A DNA stretch of 61,870 bases, counting the filler, from Candidatus Tectimicrobiota bacterium (GTDB taxonomy: Bacteria; JACPSX01): NCBI GenBank assembly GCA_016193065.1. It is 8 parts of 8 records of this genome, joined end to end, with 100 filler letters (N's around TTAATTAATTAA, not from the genome) between each part and the next. Parts side by side here need not be neighbours in the genome. Positions count along the whole stretch, not along the records: positions 1 to 10,724 come from JACPSX010000109.1; 7 more parts are not named here. One strand, written 5' to 3'. Below, in pieces: positions 1 to 10,410 of this stretch. Position 1 is the stretch's first letter. Each line of letters opens with the position of its first letter. A program made the position numbers and the translations under genes. The notes beneath the pieces were generated by a model, which worked only from the letters and a program-made list of their open reading frames with translations, was not told the DNA's origin and did not search any database.

Positions 1-1439
1 GGGCTGTGGAGCTGATCTCCAAATTTCCGCTTCACTTCCCGCAGAAGCTCTTGCGGAGTCTCTACGGCAACAGGGAACTCACTGCGCCAGTCCCACGGCT
101 TACACGCGTCGATGATCGCTCGAGAGTTGAACCACTTCTCCTTATTTGGACCCGGACGAATGGCCGGGTCCAAGGGACCGCTCAAGCAGTGGGTCAGGAT
201 TTCAATGGCGTTCTGCGGATCGCTCCGCGTACCCAATGCCCAGAGAACCTCGTCGTTGTCATAGATATCGATATCGTCGTCCACGACAATCGTATAACGG
301 CCCATATATGCCCCCGCCCCGCACTGTGCGAGCACCCGGGCGGCCTGGCGGGAATGCCCCGCGTATCGCTGACGTATGGCAATGATGCTCAACATGGTTT
401 CCGCGGCCGCATCGTGGAAGCGAATCGCTTTCACATCAGGCACACCCGCTTTTTCCAGTTGCTCCAGGACCACGGCTTCACGCAGCATGGATGAGAACAC
501 CAGCGGCGCAACGGAGGGCTTCAGGGACGGCACGCCGAGGATGATCGGATCGTTTCGATACATGAGCGAAGTGACTTTAATGGTGGAGACGAGCCGGCTG
601 CTGCTCGCATAATAGCCGTGCCACTCGCCGAAGGGTCCTTCGGGCCGCTCGTCCTCAGGGGAAGAAATCCCTTCGATGACAATTTCCGAGGTGGCCGGGA
701 TCGGCAACCCGGTGTGCGGGGCTTGGATCACCTCGATCGGCTCTCCGCGAACTCCGCCTGCCCAATTATATTCAGAGACCCCGTAGGGCAAACTCGCTGA
801 GCCGGCCAGCAGGAGCAGCGGATCATGGCCGAACGACACGGCAACACGCATGGACTCACCCCTGGCGAACAACTGGTCCCTATGAATTCGGGCGTGATGG
901 CTGGGCGATACATGAAAACTCAGCGTCTTCTCATCGTGAATCATGATCCGATAGGTCCCCAGGTTCACCCAACCGGATTCCGGATCTCGCGTGACGGTAA
1001 CGCTGCCTGTGCCGATGTACCGGCCGCCGTCCTGCGTATGATATTTCGGGGCCGGCAGAGAGAACATGTCGATGTCTTTGCCTTCCCGAATATTTTGCAG
1101 GACAGGCCCATCAGATACAATCTCCGGCGCCAGCGAGGGCAGCGAATTTATTTTTTCGCGCAATTTGTAAGAAAACTCGGTGCGCTCGATTCCAGGGTCA
1201 AAATCCAAGGTCATGGCCACGCGGGGCAGCGTTGCCAGTGGATCCAGGAGAACGCGGTAGCCTTTCGGATACCCAACGATCTCATCGCAAAGGAGCGCCC
1301 ATCGTGTCTCCTTCTTGTTTCGCGCCACCATTTCAGAAAGTGCGGACATCTCCATGTCCCAGTGCACTCCGTTGACCCGGCGAAGCTCGTCGAGCTGTTG
1401 AGCATGCATCATCCATTCTCGAAGATCTTTGTGCGGCAT
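1..1439 (-). CDS. UbiD-family (prFMN-dependent) decarboxylase, runs off left edge (missed by the ORF track because no stop is in the window)
   Basis: Manual translation of segments from ATG 1439: MPHKDLREWM..., internal PEGPFGEWHGYYAS (UbiD EGPF motif), C-terminal NSRAIIDACKPWDWR. Confidence 0.88.
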   Translation of the reverse strand, partial: MPHKDLREWMMHAQQLDELRRVNGVHWDMEMSALSEMVARNKKETRWALLCDEIVGYPKGYRVLLDPLATLPRVAMTLDFDPGIERTEFSYKLREKINSLPSLAPEIVSDGPVLQNIREGKDIDMFSLPAPKYHTQDGGRYIGTGSVTVTRDPESGWVNLGTYRIMIHDEKTLSFHVSPSHHARIHRDQLFARGESMRVAVSFGHDPLLLLAGSASLPYGVSEYNWAGGVRGEPIEVIQAPHTGLPIPATSEIVIEGISSPEDERPEGPFGEWHGYYASSSRLVSTIKVTSLMYRNDPIILGVPSLKPSVAPLVFSSMLREAVVLEQLEKAGVPDVKAIRFHDAAAETMLSIIAIRQRYAGHSRQAARVLAQCGAGAYMGRYTIVVDDDIDIYDNDEVLWALGTRSDPQNAIEILTHCLSGPLDPAIRPGPNKEKWFNSRAIIDACKPWDWRSEFPVAVETPQELLREVKRKFGDQLHS

Positions 1440-1644
1440 AGTCCTTTAACCCTCCTGACGGTCGAGCCGTGATCCTATCGCGGCGCAGAGGCCGACAGTT
1501 GCCGACGCCCGAATAGAGCAATTCCCTTCCATCTCAAAGGCGCAGTACGCCGTCCCGTGAGCACCAGTACCCCGATGGACTCTCGCAGAGCCGGGCTCGC
1601 AGACAACCTTTCCTTCCTGAGAACTCAAGAAGGACGTGGGTGCA

Positions 1645-3420
1645 TCAGCTAACGCTCATACTGAGACCAAGCCGCCGCACGACCAAAGCCACCCCGACCG
1701 CCAGGACTGTCACAATGAGCCCCAGGATAGCGGCGCTCTCTATATTGCCGGCCGCCGAGAACTCAAACATCAGCAGCGATAGAGTCCTGCTTGACGGAGT
1801 GACCAGCAGGACGGTCGTGCTGATGTCACGAACAGCTCCAATGAAGGTGACTGCGAACAGGCTCACGAGGGTTGGAGCAATGAGCGGCAGCATGATCCGG
1901 CGATAGGTCCTAAACCAGCTGGCTCCACATACCCGCGAAGAAAATTCAAGCTCCTGAGATATTTGGAGGAATGCGACGCTGGAAAGATTCACGCCCAGCG
2001 GGAGCTCCTTGATAAATAGAGCGAGCAATAAGGCCCCGATGTTGCCGTAGAGGAGTCCCAGCACTGGCATGGAAAGCAGCAACCACAACAATCCGATGCC
2101 CAGCAACATCCCCGGAATGGCCCACGGCAGCCACGTCATCAATCCGATCAACTTGCGGCCGGTCAGATTCGACCGTGCCAGCACGTAGCCCAGAACCGAG
2201 TAAAAAACCAATCCGAGTATCGACGTGCTCAAGCTCAGGACCAGCGTGTTCCTCACGGCAAGACTGAAAACGGGGCTTTCAAGTACGCGTCGCCAGTGGT
2301 CCAGAGTGAACGGATGACTGATCCCAAAAAAGCCGAAGAGCCGCATGAAAGATCCGAGCACCAAGACCGTGACAGGCAATACAACACCGATTCCAATATA
2401 CGCAAACAGCGCGGCCGAAGCAGCGTACCGCCAACGTCCGGTCAGCAACGGCCGCATTGACATACCTCGACCCGTCACGGTCGCGTAGTTGCGGGAAGAG
2501 ACGATCCGTTGGTACAAAAGGGCCAGGAGACATAAGACGCCCAGGATAAGAGTGCTGAGGGCCATTGCCTGAGGGATCTGGGGGGGCTGATAATTAATCA
2601 GATCATAGATCCGCGTAGCGTACACGTAAATGCCTGAGCGCGAGCCCAGGAGCTGCTCGACCTCAAACGCTTCCAGGCTCCGGATCAGGCCGGCGAGTAC
2701 CGCGGTCAGGCTGGCGGGGAGAATCAGAGGAAAAGTGATCCGCCGCAGGGTCTGCCAGTTTTTGGCCCCACACGTGCGCGATACCTCTTCCATGGAGGCG
2801 TCCATGATTCTAAAAGCCGGGGCCAGGAGCATCGTCATAACCGGTACGGTGGCGATGCTCATATGAACCCACAAGATGCCGACTACGGACTGAATATTCA
2901 ATGGCCCAAGCTGCCAGGGCAACTTCTTCAGAAAGATATTGATCAGGCCGCTGTTGGGATCCAGCAAAAGGACCCAACCCAGCGTGATCGGCAAAGCGGG
3001 AAGGAAGAAGGCCGTCCACAGAGCCAGCTCGATCACGGAACGGCCAGGGATCTGAGCGCGAATTAACAACCAGGAAATCAGAAAGGCGATCGCGACCGCC
3101 AGCGGTGCTCGAACGGACAGGATAAGGCTGTACGTCAGCGATGACAATGTCCGCGAGCTCCCAAAGATCGCATCGCTCCAGCCGCTCAGCCCGAAGGTCC
3201 ATGGCTGGCTTGGTTGGGCAACGTTGAATGAGTTGACCACAACAAAGGCGATTGGGAGAACTGTAATAGCGGCAACGCCGATCACCAACGCGATTCCCAG
3301 CCACCGATCCCGCGTGTGCCGCGCCAACAATTGCGGCCGCTCTTCCAACGGGAATCTCCCCTCGACCGCGCTCAACCTCCCCGACTGTCTATCAGCCACT
3401 GGACCCTTTCTACCAACCAC
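1645..3420 (-). CDS. ABC transporter permease, FbpB/ThiP-like with duplicated membrane domain
   Basis: 591 aa hydrophobic; two EAA-like loops (MDASMEEVSRTCGA, SQELEFSSRVCGA). Confidence 0.88.
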   Translation of the reverse strand: MVGRKGPVADRQSGRLSAVEGRFPLEERPQLLARHTRDRWLGIALVIGVAAITVLPIAFVVVNSFNVAQPSQPWTFGLSGWSDAIFGSSRTLSSLTYSLILSVRAPLAVAIAFLISWLLIRAQIPGRSVIELALWTAFFLPALPITLGWVLLLDPNSGLINIFLKKLPWQLGPLNIQSVVGILWVHMSIATVPVMTMLLAPAFRIMDASMEEVSRTCGAKNWQTLRRITFPLILPASLTAVLAGLIRSLEAFEVEQLLGSRSGIYVYATRIYDLINYQPPQIPQAMALSTLILGVLCLLALLYQRIVSSRNYATVTGRGMSMRPLLTGRWRYAASAALFAYIGIGVVLPVTVLVLGSFMRLFGFFGISHPFTLDHWRRVLESPVFSLAVRNTLVLSLSTSILGLVFYSVLGYVLARSNLTGRKLIGLMTWLPWAIPGMLLGIGLLWLLLSMPVLGLLYGNIGALLLALFIKELPLGVNLSSVAFLQISQELEFSSRVCGASWFRTYRRIMLPLIAPTLVSLFAVTFIGAVRDISTTVLLVTPSSRTLSLLMFEFSAAGNIESAAILGLIVTVLAVGVALVVRRLGLSMSVS

Positions 3421-3538
3421 TGCAGCATCTTACCTGAGATGGGACAGACACCCTGAATCCCGATTGTCGGGTTCAGTGAAGCAGCCGTTCCCCCACCTAT
3501 AGGAACAGCTGCTTCGGCCGACACCGCTCCCTCTTGCG

Positions 3539-4628
3539 TCAGCGGCCGAGGGCTTGTTCAATCTGCTTGCGCATCTTGGGTGCTATGTTGACGTAGTAGT
3601 CCTCTTCATACTGGTTGCGGTACTTGGTTTTCGCCTTCGGGATGATATACTGCGGAATCGTAGGGACGACAACGTCGGTACGCCGGCTCGGTTCCAACGA
3701 AATCGCCGTATAGATTTCCTGCCCCCGCTTGGACATGAACCAGTTCACAAATACCGCCGCCGCATTCGGATGGGGCGCGTTCGCAACGATCTTCGGCACG
3801 GCGCTCCCGCCGCTGACGCTCAGCACGCCGTCCGTCGGGAAGACTCGTTCCAGAGGAAACCCTTCTTTCCGGAACGCTTCCGCGTGCGCGGGTATCACGG
3901 CCAGCGCGATCGGTTGACTTCCTTGAGCCATCAACCGCACAACCTCCCGCGCGTCGCGCGTTAACACGAGATCTTGTCCCTTATAGAGAGCTTTCAGGTA
4001 CTCGGGACCGAAATCCTCGAGCAAGGCACGAGCCGTCGCTCCGCCGGCCCCCACCGTCACTTCCTGGGCCACAATCTTCCCCTTGTACTCCGGCTTCAGC
4101 AGGTCCTTCCACGAAGTGATCTTCTTGGGATCGATAACCCGCGTGTTGACCATAAGGTCAATGTGCACCCACTCGGAAACCATCGGCATGTACTGCTGGG
4201 CCTTATCTGCCCACTTGATCCCTCCCTCCCGCCATTTGGATGAATCAGTCACATCGGCGAGCGCAAGCTTGGGTCGAACCGGCGCCAGTAGGCCTTTCGG
4301 ATACAGATCAAGAAATTCCGTAACACCTGAGATGAGGATGTTGGTTGTGTTCTTTCCCGCTGCGGATTCCCGTTCGATCCGGAGCTGAGCAGGACCGGTC
4401 GGCTCGGCTGTGAAGTCGAGCCGGATGCCGAATTCTTCCTGCGGGAATATGACCCGGAAGAATGATGCGGACGCTCCCTTCTTTTTTCGCTGCCTGGACC
4501 ATGGCCGTCCAGCCGGCCTGGTCAGCCGCAAAAGGCTGGCTGGACGCCAAGAGCAATCCGGCAAATGTCATAACCAAAAGCCGGGCGATACTGCGAAGTG
4601 ATCGTGAAGAGTACGGACGCTTTAACAT
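3539..4628 (-). pseudogene. ABC substrate-binding protein (Fe3+/thiamine/polyamine cluster), split by a frameshift near 4445
   Basis: Signal peptide plus WTAMVQAAKKEGSVRI in ORF 4308..4679; body (QEEFGIRL...APHPNAAAVFVNWFMSKRGQ) in a different frame, ORF 3539..4564; start approximate. Confidence 0.75.
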
Positions 4629-4688
4629 TTTCTTCCCTCTCCTTCCGTTTACTGTAAGACCTTCTTTCGCATGGCCCAAAGCTGGGGT

Positions 4689-5789
4689 TTACTCGTCAGA
4701 GGCCGGCCAAGTTTTCACCCTCTCTGCATTCATTCTGAGAACAACCTCTTGTCCACGTTCAAGGGCAGTATCTTTTGACGTATCAAAAAGCAATTGAGTC
4801 TCGCCCACTCTCAATACGTATTCGATGTGATCTCCACAATAGATTAGATCTTCGACGATCCCGCGGATCCCATTCTTCGAGATCGCATCCGAAAGCGGCT
4901 CGATAGTTACGTCCTCAGGACGAATTGCCAATCGAACTCGATTACCGTTCGGCGAAGAATCATGGTGCGCAGAAATGGAATCAGGCGTAACGTCAATCTG
5001 GAAAACCGTTCCATTCGCCGATCCCAGGACGACTGGCAGAGTAAGAACACGACCCACGAAACTTTGCACAAAAAAACTCGCGGGCGACTCGTAGACCTCC
5101 AATGGCGTGCCAAGCTGCTCGATTTTCCCCTGGCGCATAACTGCGACTCGATTGGCCAGTGACATTGCCTCGACCTGATCATGCGTGACGTAGAGAATTG
5201 TCATACCCAGGCGTCTCTGCAGCGCCTTCAGTTGTAGACGCATCTCAGCGCGGAGCTTCGCGTCAAGGTTACTCAAGGGCTCATCGAGCAGTAAGATGTC
5301 CGGTTCGTAGGCAAGAGCGCGGGCGAGCGCTACCCGTTGCTGCTGCCCGCCGCTTAGTTGGGTGGCTCGCCGCATCCCGAATTCGCCCAACCCGACCAGG
5401 TTTAAAACTTCTTCAACCTTCTCCTGAATCTTGGCCCGCGGGAAGCCGCGGATTTCGAGCGGGTAAGCAATGTTCTTCCCCACGGTCATATGAGGCCAGA
5501 TTGCATAGGACTGAAACACGAGGCCCAGATTGCGCTTCTCAGCCGAGACGAACACGCGCCGGCTGGCCGAAGCCACGGTCTTACCGCGGATCTTGATTTC
5601 GCCGCCCTCGGGCTCTTCAAGACCGGCTACCAAGCGCAACGTTGTACTCTTGCCACAGCCGCTGGGACCAAGCAGGGCCAATACTTCGCCTCGGCAAAGA
5701 TCGAAGCTCACGCTGTCGACGGCCATGACTCGCCCGTAACTTTTCTGAAGAGCACGGACTTCAAGAATTAGATCGTTCATAATATCCAA
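4689..5789 (-). CDS. ABC transporter ATP-binding protein (FbpC/PotA-like)
   Basis: Walker A GPSGCGKS, signature LSGGQQQR, Walker B LLLDEP, TOBE-like C-terminus. Confidence 0.93.
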   Translation of the reverse strand: MDIMNDLILEVRALQKSYGRVMAVDSVSFDLCRGEVLALLGPSGCGKSTTLRLVAGLEEPEGGEIKIRGKTVASASRRVFVSAEKRNLGLVFQSYAIWPHMTVGKNIAYPLEIRGFPRAKIQEKVEEVLNLVGLGEFGMRRATQLSGGQQQRVALARALAYEPDILLLDEPLSNLDAKLRAEMRLQLKALQRRLGMTILYVTHDQVEAMSLANRVAVMRQGKIEQLGTPLEVYESPASFFVQSFVGRVLTLPVVLGSANGTVFQIDVTPDSISAHHDSSPNGNRVRLAIRPEDVTIEPLSDAISKNGIRGIVEDLIYCGDHIEYVLRVGETQLLFDTSKDTALERGQEVVLRMNAERVKTWPASDE

Positions 5790-5999
5790 TCCTAGAGTGA
5801 CAGAAGCGGAGACGAGGCCACGCCTACAACGTGCCTAAGCGCATCGCGCAATCAATCAACCAGCCCGAACTGCGATGGCTACGGTGACTCATGCACCGGC
5901 CCAGAATCTTTTCCTCTGCCGTTGACTCGATGAACAAAAATTAGAAGCCTCCATCTGCTCTCCAACCCTTTCCATCGCTTCTTGCGTGCTGCTCTGCCT

Positions 6000-7340
6000 T
6001 TAAATCACTTCCTTGTGCTTGTCGAGCCAGTCCCTCGGTTCCCGGGCGTAATCTTGCCAGTAGTCCCCCGGCACACTAATTCCTGGGACGGGGGGGATCC
6101 ACTCCTCGCGGAGGATTTCCTTGGGATCGCCGTACTTGGCGGCCAAGGCCACTACCTCCGGATCGTCCAGCGCCGTCAAGTGCCCGTTATCGACCACTTT
6201 GATTCTCTTTCCGTCGCGGCAAATAATCTCGTAAGTCGGGAACAGAAGGTGCACGTGCATGTGCCCGTAGGGATGCTTTTTTTCTTCCGCCCAATTCTCT
6301 GAAGGCCCGTACAGCACGGTCCCGATACCAATGTGGATTATGCCCGATCGGAGCCTCTCCGAGAGAGCACCGGCGCCCGATAGCATAAACGCGTTCGAGG
6401 GCCGCCTCATCTTTGGGTTCGTTCCAATCGCCAACTCCCACCACCAGAAAAGGCCTTCGCTCGGGTATTCTGGGTAACGGATTTTTTTTCCAATATCAAG
6501 AAGCTCCCGCCAAGCATCACCGTACTTGCCACCCTCCTCTATTCGAACAGCCTTGCCCCCCTCAATGTGAAGCTTGATACGGGGAAACGGGCTGCTGATG
6601 TGATTGATCGTCCCCGCCACCACGCCGGAGGCGTCTTCACTGCTGCGCTCATAGGGCGGCGTTGGCCGGCCAAATAAGTGCCCGAAGAAGGGCTTTTCTT
6701 GGAAAAGGGGCAGGGATTTGGTTTGGGCGTATCGATTCAGGTCGTAAGACTCTTCAGGAAATGTGAAGGTAATATCCGTGCCTTCAGGGTCTGTCAGCCG
6801 AACTTTGCCTCCCCTGCCCTTGTTCCATATTTGATCCCATGCTCTATGATTTATTGCGTCCCATACCTCGTATGGAAAATCGGCCGCGGGAAATACCTCA
6901 CGGCTTGTCCAGGGTATGCCTCCATAGCGGAACTTTTTTGCCGGCAGGGAACCGCCCAAAGTGTGGATCAAAATGTCATATTCCCCTCGCTCAGCGACTT
7001 CCTCCGCCCACCTCACACGCTCGATCCACTGTCGAACCTCATTTACTTCGGGAACACCCGGACAGTTATGCATAAACCCCAGCAACTCGTCTGTGTAGTT
7101 CAAAGGACGATCCGGGCCCATGTCAACGCTGATCAGATCCACCTTGCCCGGAAGCTTTCGGATGGCTTGCACAATGGCATCAACAACTGCCTGATCATAA
7201 AAACTGTTCACCACAAGAAGAGCACGTTCCCCGGGCTTCATACCGTAACCCGCAGGTAACGATCCCCCCACAAACGAGCCCACGACCAAGCGCCTAGCTG
7301 TCTCTAATAAACGGGCGTCATAAGGGATCGGGGAACACAT
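6000..7340 (-). CDS. M29 leucyl-aminopeptidase-fold / NicX-like metalloenzyme
   Basis: VRLTDPEGTDITF, ELAIGTNP, HIGIG and HMHVH motifs resemble the C-terminal metal domain of this fold. Confidence 0.55.
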   Translation of the reverse strand: MCSPIPYDARLLETARRLVVGSFVGGSLPAGYGMKPGERALLVVNSFYDQAVVDAIVQAIRKLPGKVDLISVDMGPDRPLNYTDELLGFMHNCPGVPEVNEVRQWIERVRWAEEVAERGEYDILIHTLGGSLPAKKFRYGGIPWTSREVFPAADFPYEVWDAINHRAWDQIWNKGRGGKVRLTDPEGTDITFTFPEESYDLNRYAQTKSLPLFQEKPFFGHLFGRPTPPYERSSEDASGVVAGTINHISSPFPRIKLHIEGGKAVRIEEGGKYGDAWRELLDIGKKIRYPEYPSEGLFWWWELAIGTNPKMRRPSNAFMLSGAGALSERLRSGIIHIGIGTVLYGPSENWAEEKKHPYGHMHVHLLFPTYEIICRDGKRIKVVDNGHLTALDDPEVVALAAKYGDPKEILREEWIPPVPGISVPGDYWQDYAREPRDWLDKHKEVI

Positions 7341-7398
7341 ATTTGTTTGTTCCTTCCTAAATTTTGAAAATTACGTGCTCACGGCAGCTCAAGGGCGA

Positions 7399-8988
7399 CT
7401 ATCCGGAGGCTCGCACACGTCGCGCGCTTTCCTCAACCGACTCGGCAGAAGCGATCATTTGAGAACTCTCCTCCTCTCCCCAGCACAGAGGGTCCGGCAG
7501 CCTAAGCACACCCCCCCGGTAGTAAATCCTTTCCCAGGAGGCTTGTAGAACCTCGGGTCCGAATTTCCTCAGCACCGCGCTCCGCAGATAGTCTCGGGTG
7601 TCACCCGGACCGTGCATCATTGCCGTAGCAATATCTCGCCGTAGGTCTGTTGCCTTACAACCAGCCAGCCGCTTCTCAGCATACTCGAGTGATGATTCGA
7701 GATTATGCAAACAGTCACAGCTGTCCAAGTCCACTTCCTCGCCTGTGTACCAGCGCACTCCTTCATCAATCAGCGAAAACTGGTTGCATACTGTAAGCGC
7801 TTCCTCTCCCTGGGCTCCATACTCTTCCAACAGGGCAAGTTTTGTGACCCAATCTATCCCGTGAACTAATGAATCGAAATCCCCGGTTGCCAATTGCGTG
7901 ATTACCGTGGAAATCAACTCAACGGCTGCGTGATCTTCCGGCGAGCCCTCTCGGGCCACCAACTGCCCGATCTTCTCTAGATAGAAGCCCCCCAGTATGT
8001 CCCGGAGGGCGTGAGCCGTGCGTCCGTTTTCAAGCTGAACCTGCCAGTCCCTTGGCTCCAAGCCAAATACCAGCTGAACACCCGATCGTAGCGGGTGCGC
8101 CAGCTGAGGTGCTCCATCCAGCAGTCCTCGCTGGAAAGCGGCTACGATCAAAGTCTGCAATGCGTCCACAATATAAAGTTGAAACGGACTTCTCAGCGCC
8201 TCCAGGTTGATATCGTGCAGCCGCCAATAGGAGACGTCGTCCGCATGCGGCTCGTCACGTTCGTTGACCAGACCACGCCAGAACGTGGTGTCCAGGGTAG
8301 ATACAACGCGGACAAAGCAGATACGTGGGGAAATGGCGAACCTGAGTTCCTGACCGAAAAGTTCAGCATCCCGCCAGTCAACCTCCCATTGCGGCCCCGA
8401 TTTTCGAACGGGCACCATGTTTCCGCTGCCGATGAGCGGCAGTCGGGCGATCGTGTATGGCACCAGGGCTCGGCGTACCTGTTCCCAGTTCCGCAAGTTG
8501 CAAATACTGCGGGGCAGCAGAAGATTGTGATGAGTCCCGTAGGCCACTGAGCGAATGAGGCCGTCTTCAACTGTCGTGGACAGGTTGTTCTTGTAAGCCG
8601 CCACGGGTTTTTCGAACCGCTTGCTCGCCGCCTTGGCGGCAAGATAAACCAACACCTCACCTGCCAGAGAATATCGCACCAGATCCCGCGGATTTCTGAC
8701 CACAGGACTCGAAACCTCAAAGTGCACGGCGTCGTCGTACAATCGCATGCCGTTATACGCAACAGGGAATGGACCTCCGTCTGCCGCCCAGTTGGAGGCG
8801 ATCGACCTCTCATAGGCAAGATTACCCGCTTCATCCGTAACAGCCCATTTCGCGGGCGCGGTGTACCCTGCATCATGCAGGCAGTTCAGAGCCGTGTCGA
8901 TGAGCAGACGCCTGGGCACTTGATCCGCCGGGCAGGTGTTCATGGCGTACTCTTGTTCAAGTCCCCTGGCCACGGAGCGAACAATCAC
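7399..8988 (-). CDS. Divergent Pup deamidase/ligase family protein (Dop-like)
   Basis: GLEQEY (GxExE), NGMRLYDDAVHFEVSSP, YKNN, YGTHHN, RGLVNERDEPHAD...RLH, IDWVTK, DTRDYLR. Confidence 0.82.
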   Translation of the reverse strand: MIVRSVARGLEQEYAMNTCPADQVPRRLLIDTALNCLHDAGYTAPAKWAVTDEAGNLAYERSIASNWAADGGPFPVAYNGMRLYDDAVHFEVSSPVVRNPRDLVRYSLAGEVLVYLAAKAASKRFEKPVAAYKNNLSTTVEDGLIRSVAYGTHHNLLLPRSICNLRNWEQVRRALVPYTIARLPLIGSGNMVPVRKSGPQWEVDWRDAELFGQELRFAISPRICFVRVVSTLDTTFWRGLVNERDEPHADDVSYWRLHDINLEALRSPFQLYIVDALQTLIVAAFQRGLLDGAPQLAHPLRSGVQLVFGLEPRDWQVQLENGRTAHALRDILGGFYLEKIGQLVAREGSPEDHAAVELISTVITQLATGDFDSLVHGIDWVTKLALLEEYGAQGEEALTVCNQFSLIDEGVRWYTGEEVDLDSCDCLHNLESSLEYAEKRLAGCKATDLRRDIATAMMHGPGDTRDYLRSAVLRKFGPEVLQASWERIYYRGGVLRLPDPLCWGEEESSQMIASAESVEESARRVRASG

Positions 8989-10400
8989 GCGGGCCTCCCT
9001 CCCATATCGAACGAGATGTGTTTCATAAGCTCAGTTCTTGTCTCTTTGTTCCATCCATCCAGCTTCAGAAGCTCGTATTTTCTGCCTCGGACCGTCACGG
9101 AATCCCAATCAAGTTGCTCCAGCTCCACGCCGAACTGCTCGGCCAGCTCCCGACGGAGAGCGGCTCGCGAGTCAGGCGGCGGGTTCACCATGGCCTGGCG
9201 CACTTCCTCCTCTGACGTAAGCCTTTCTATCGGGAGCTCCGCCTCAAGTTCAGCGAAAGTTGAATCCGTCAACGACTTGAACTGGAAATCCAGCGTTTCT
9301 TTTTCCTCCCAAGTTCCTTGCCGCAGTTGAAAGTATTCATTGCCATTGAGCTCGATCACGTCCAGTTTGACGGCCCAATCCAGCCGTCGAGACAGCCGGG
9401 TGATGGCGCTCGTCGCGAGACAGTCCAGGGTATCTTCGAGCAGATTCAACAGAAGGCTATCAGACCGGGCGATCCCAAGCTTCTGCGCAAGCCGCTGGAT
9501 TGGATCCATGTAGAACTCTCGCAAAAACTCCACCGCGTCCATCCTGCTCCCGTTCTCAAGAGTGATCACCCAGTTCCCTGAAACGTTTGAGGAGATTTTC
9601 TGTGCTTCTTCCACGGGATCCTGAATCCGGGGGACGCTGTGAATCAATCCCTGTTCAAAGCAATTGATGATCGCTGCGGTGACGCCGTTTCGGAGGAACG
9701 TCGTACCATCGCATCGGGCCCCCTCTCCGCTACACAGATGAAGGCGAGCGAATCCATTGCCGGTGTTCGATCGCTTCCCCAGGGCAATGAACGGGAAGTC
9801 TCCAGTGACCTTGTCAGAAACTATTTTCCGCATAAAGAATTGGCGTGGCGACAACACGTATCGCCCTTGATAGTAGCCGCCGGTCCCACAGAGCAGTGGA
9901 CGAACCACCAGGAATGGGATTAAGCATTCTACAAGTTGACTCAGGTGATCTTCCCGCACGAGGTAGGATTCATGCAGCCCCCTGGGGGCATGCGACGTTT
10001 TTCTTTTATCACTGTAGGTGATGCTGCTTTTGTAACAGTGGACTCCCAGGCGGGAACAGGTCTCAGCCGTGACAAGATCACATGCCCTCTCATAGGCAAC
10101 CAGCTCTCTGGCCGAAGAGCATTCCGGAGTGCACAGCTCAAGAAGATCATGCCCGGCCGGGTGATCGATATATCCCCTTCCCCCGTTCTTGAGGAAGTTG
10201 GATGCACCTCCCCGCAACGGGATCAGATAGCTGCTGTTCTGCCGGCTATCCCCGTCGCCTTGGAGGTACTTCATGAGCCGATTTGCATCTGTCCATCCTT
10301 CCTCACGGATTGGAAGCGCGTACTCCACCTCCACGCCTTGCCAGCGGTGATCCAACAAATTCTCTCTTGCTCCCAAAGCTCCCTCGCTCCCCTGAGTCAC
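8985..10400 (-). CDS. Divergent Pup ligase family protein (PafA-like)
   Basis: GTG 10400 after GGGAGG; GVEVEY, FLKNGGRGYID, ELCTPEC, GLHESY, RLH, LDWAVK, PPPDSRAALR, LDWD; 4-nt overlap with the Dop-like gene. Confidence 0.78.
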   Translation of the reverse strand: MTQGSEGALGARENLLDHRWQGVEVEYALPIREEGWTDANRLMKYLQGDGDSRQNSSYLIPLRGGASNFLKNGGRGYIDHPAGHDLLELCTPECSSARELVAYERACDLVTAETCSRLGVHCYKSSITYSDKRKTSHAPRGLHESYLVREDHLSQLVECLIPFLVVRPLLCGTGGYYQGRYVLSPRQFFMRKIVSDKVTGDFPFIALGKRSNTGNGFARLHLCSGEGARCDGTTFLRNGVTAAIINCFEQGLIHSVPRIQDPVEEAQKISSNVSGNWVITLENGSRMDAVEFLREFYMDPIQRLAQKLGIARSDSLLLNLLEDTLDCLATSAITRLSRRLDWAVKLDVIELNGNEYFQLRQGTWEEKETLDFQFKSLTDSTFAELEAELPIERLTSEEEVRQAMVNPPPDSRAALRRELAEQFGVELEQLDWDSVTVRGRKYELLKLDGWNKETRTELMKHISFDMGGRPA

Positions 10401-10410
10401 TACCCCTCCC

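Noticed and set aside
1446-1628. 60-aa ORF near the Dop/PafA cluster as a Pup/UBact candidate
   Set aside because: Ends RQEG rather than GG[EQ] or R[TS]G[EQ], is Cys-rich rather than acidic/disordered, and lies about 6 kb from the ligases.
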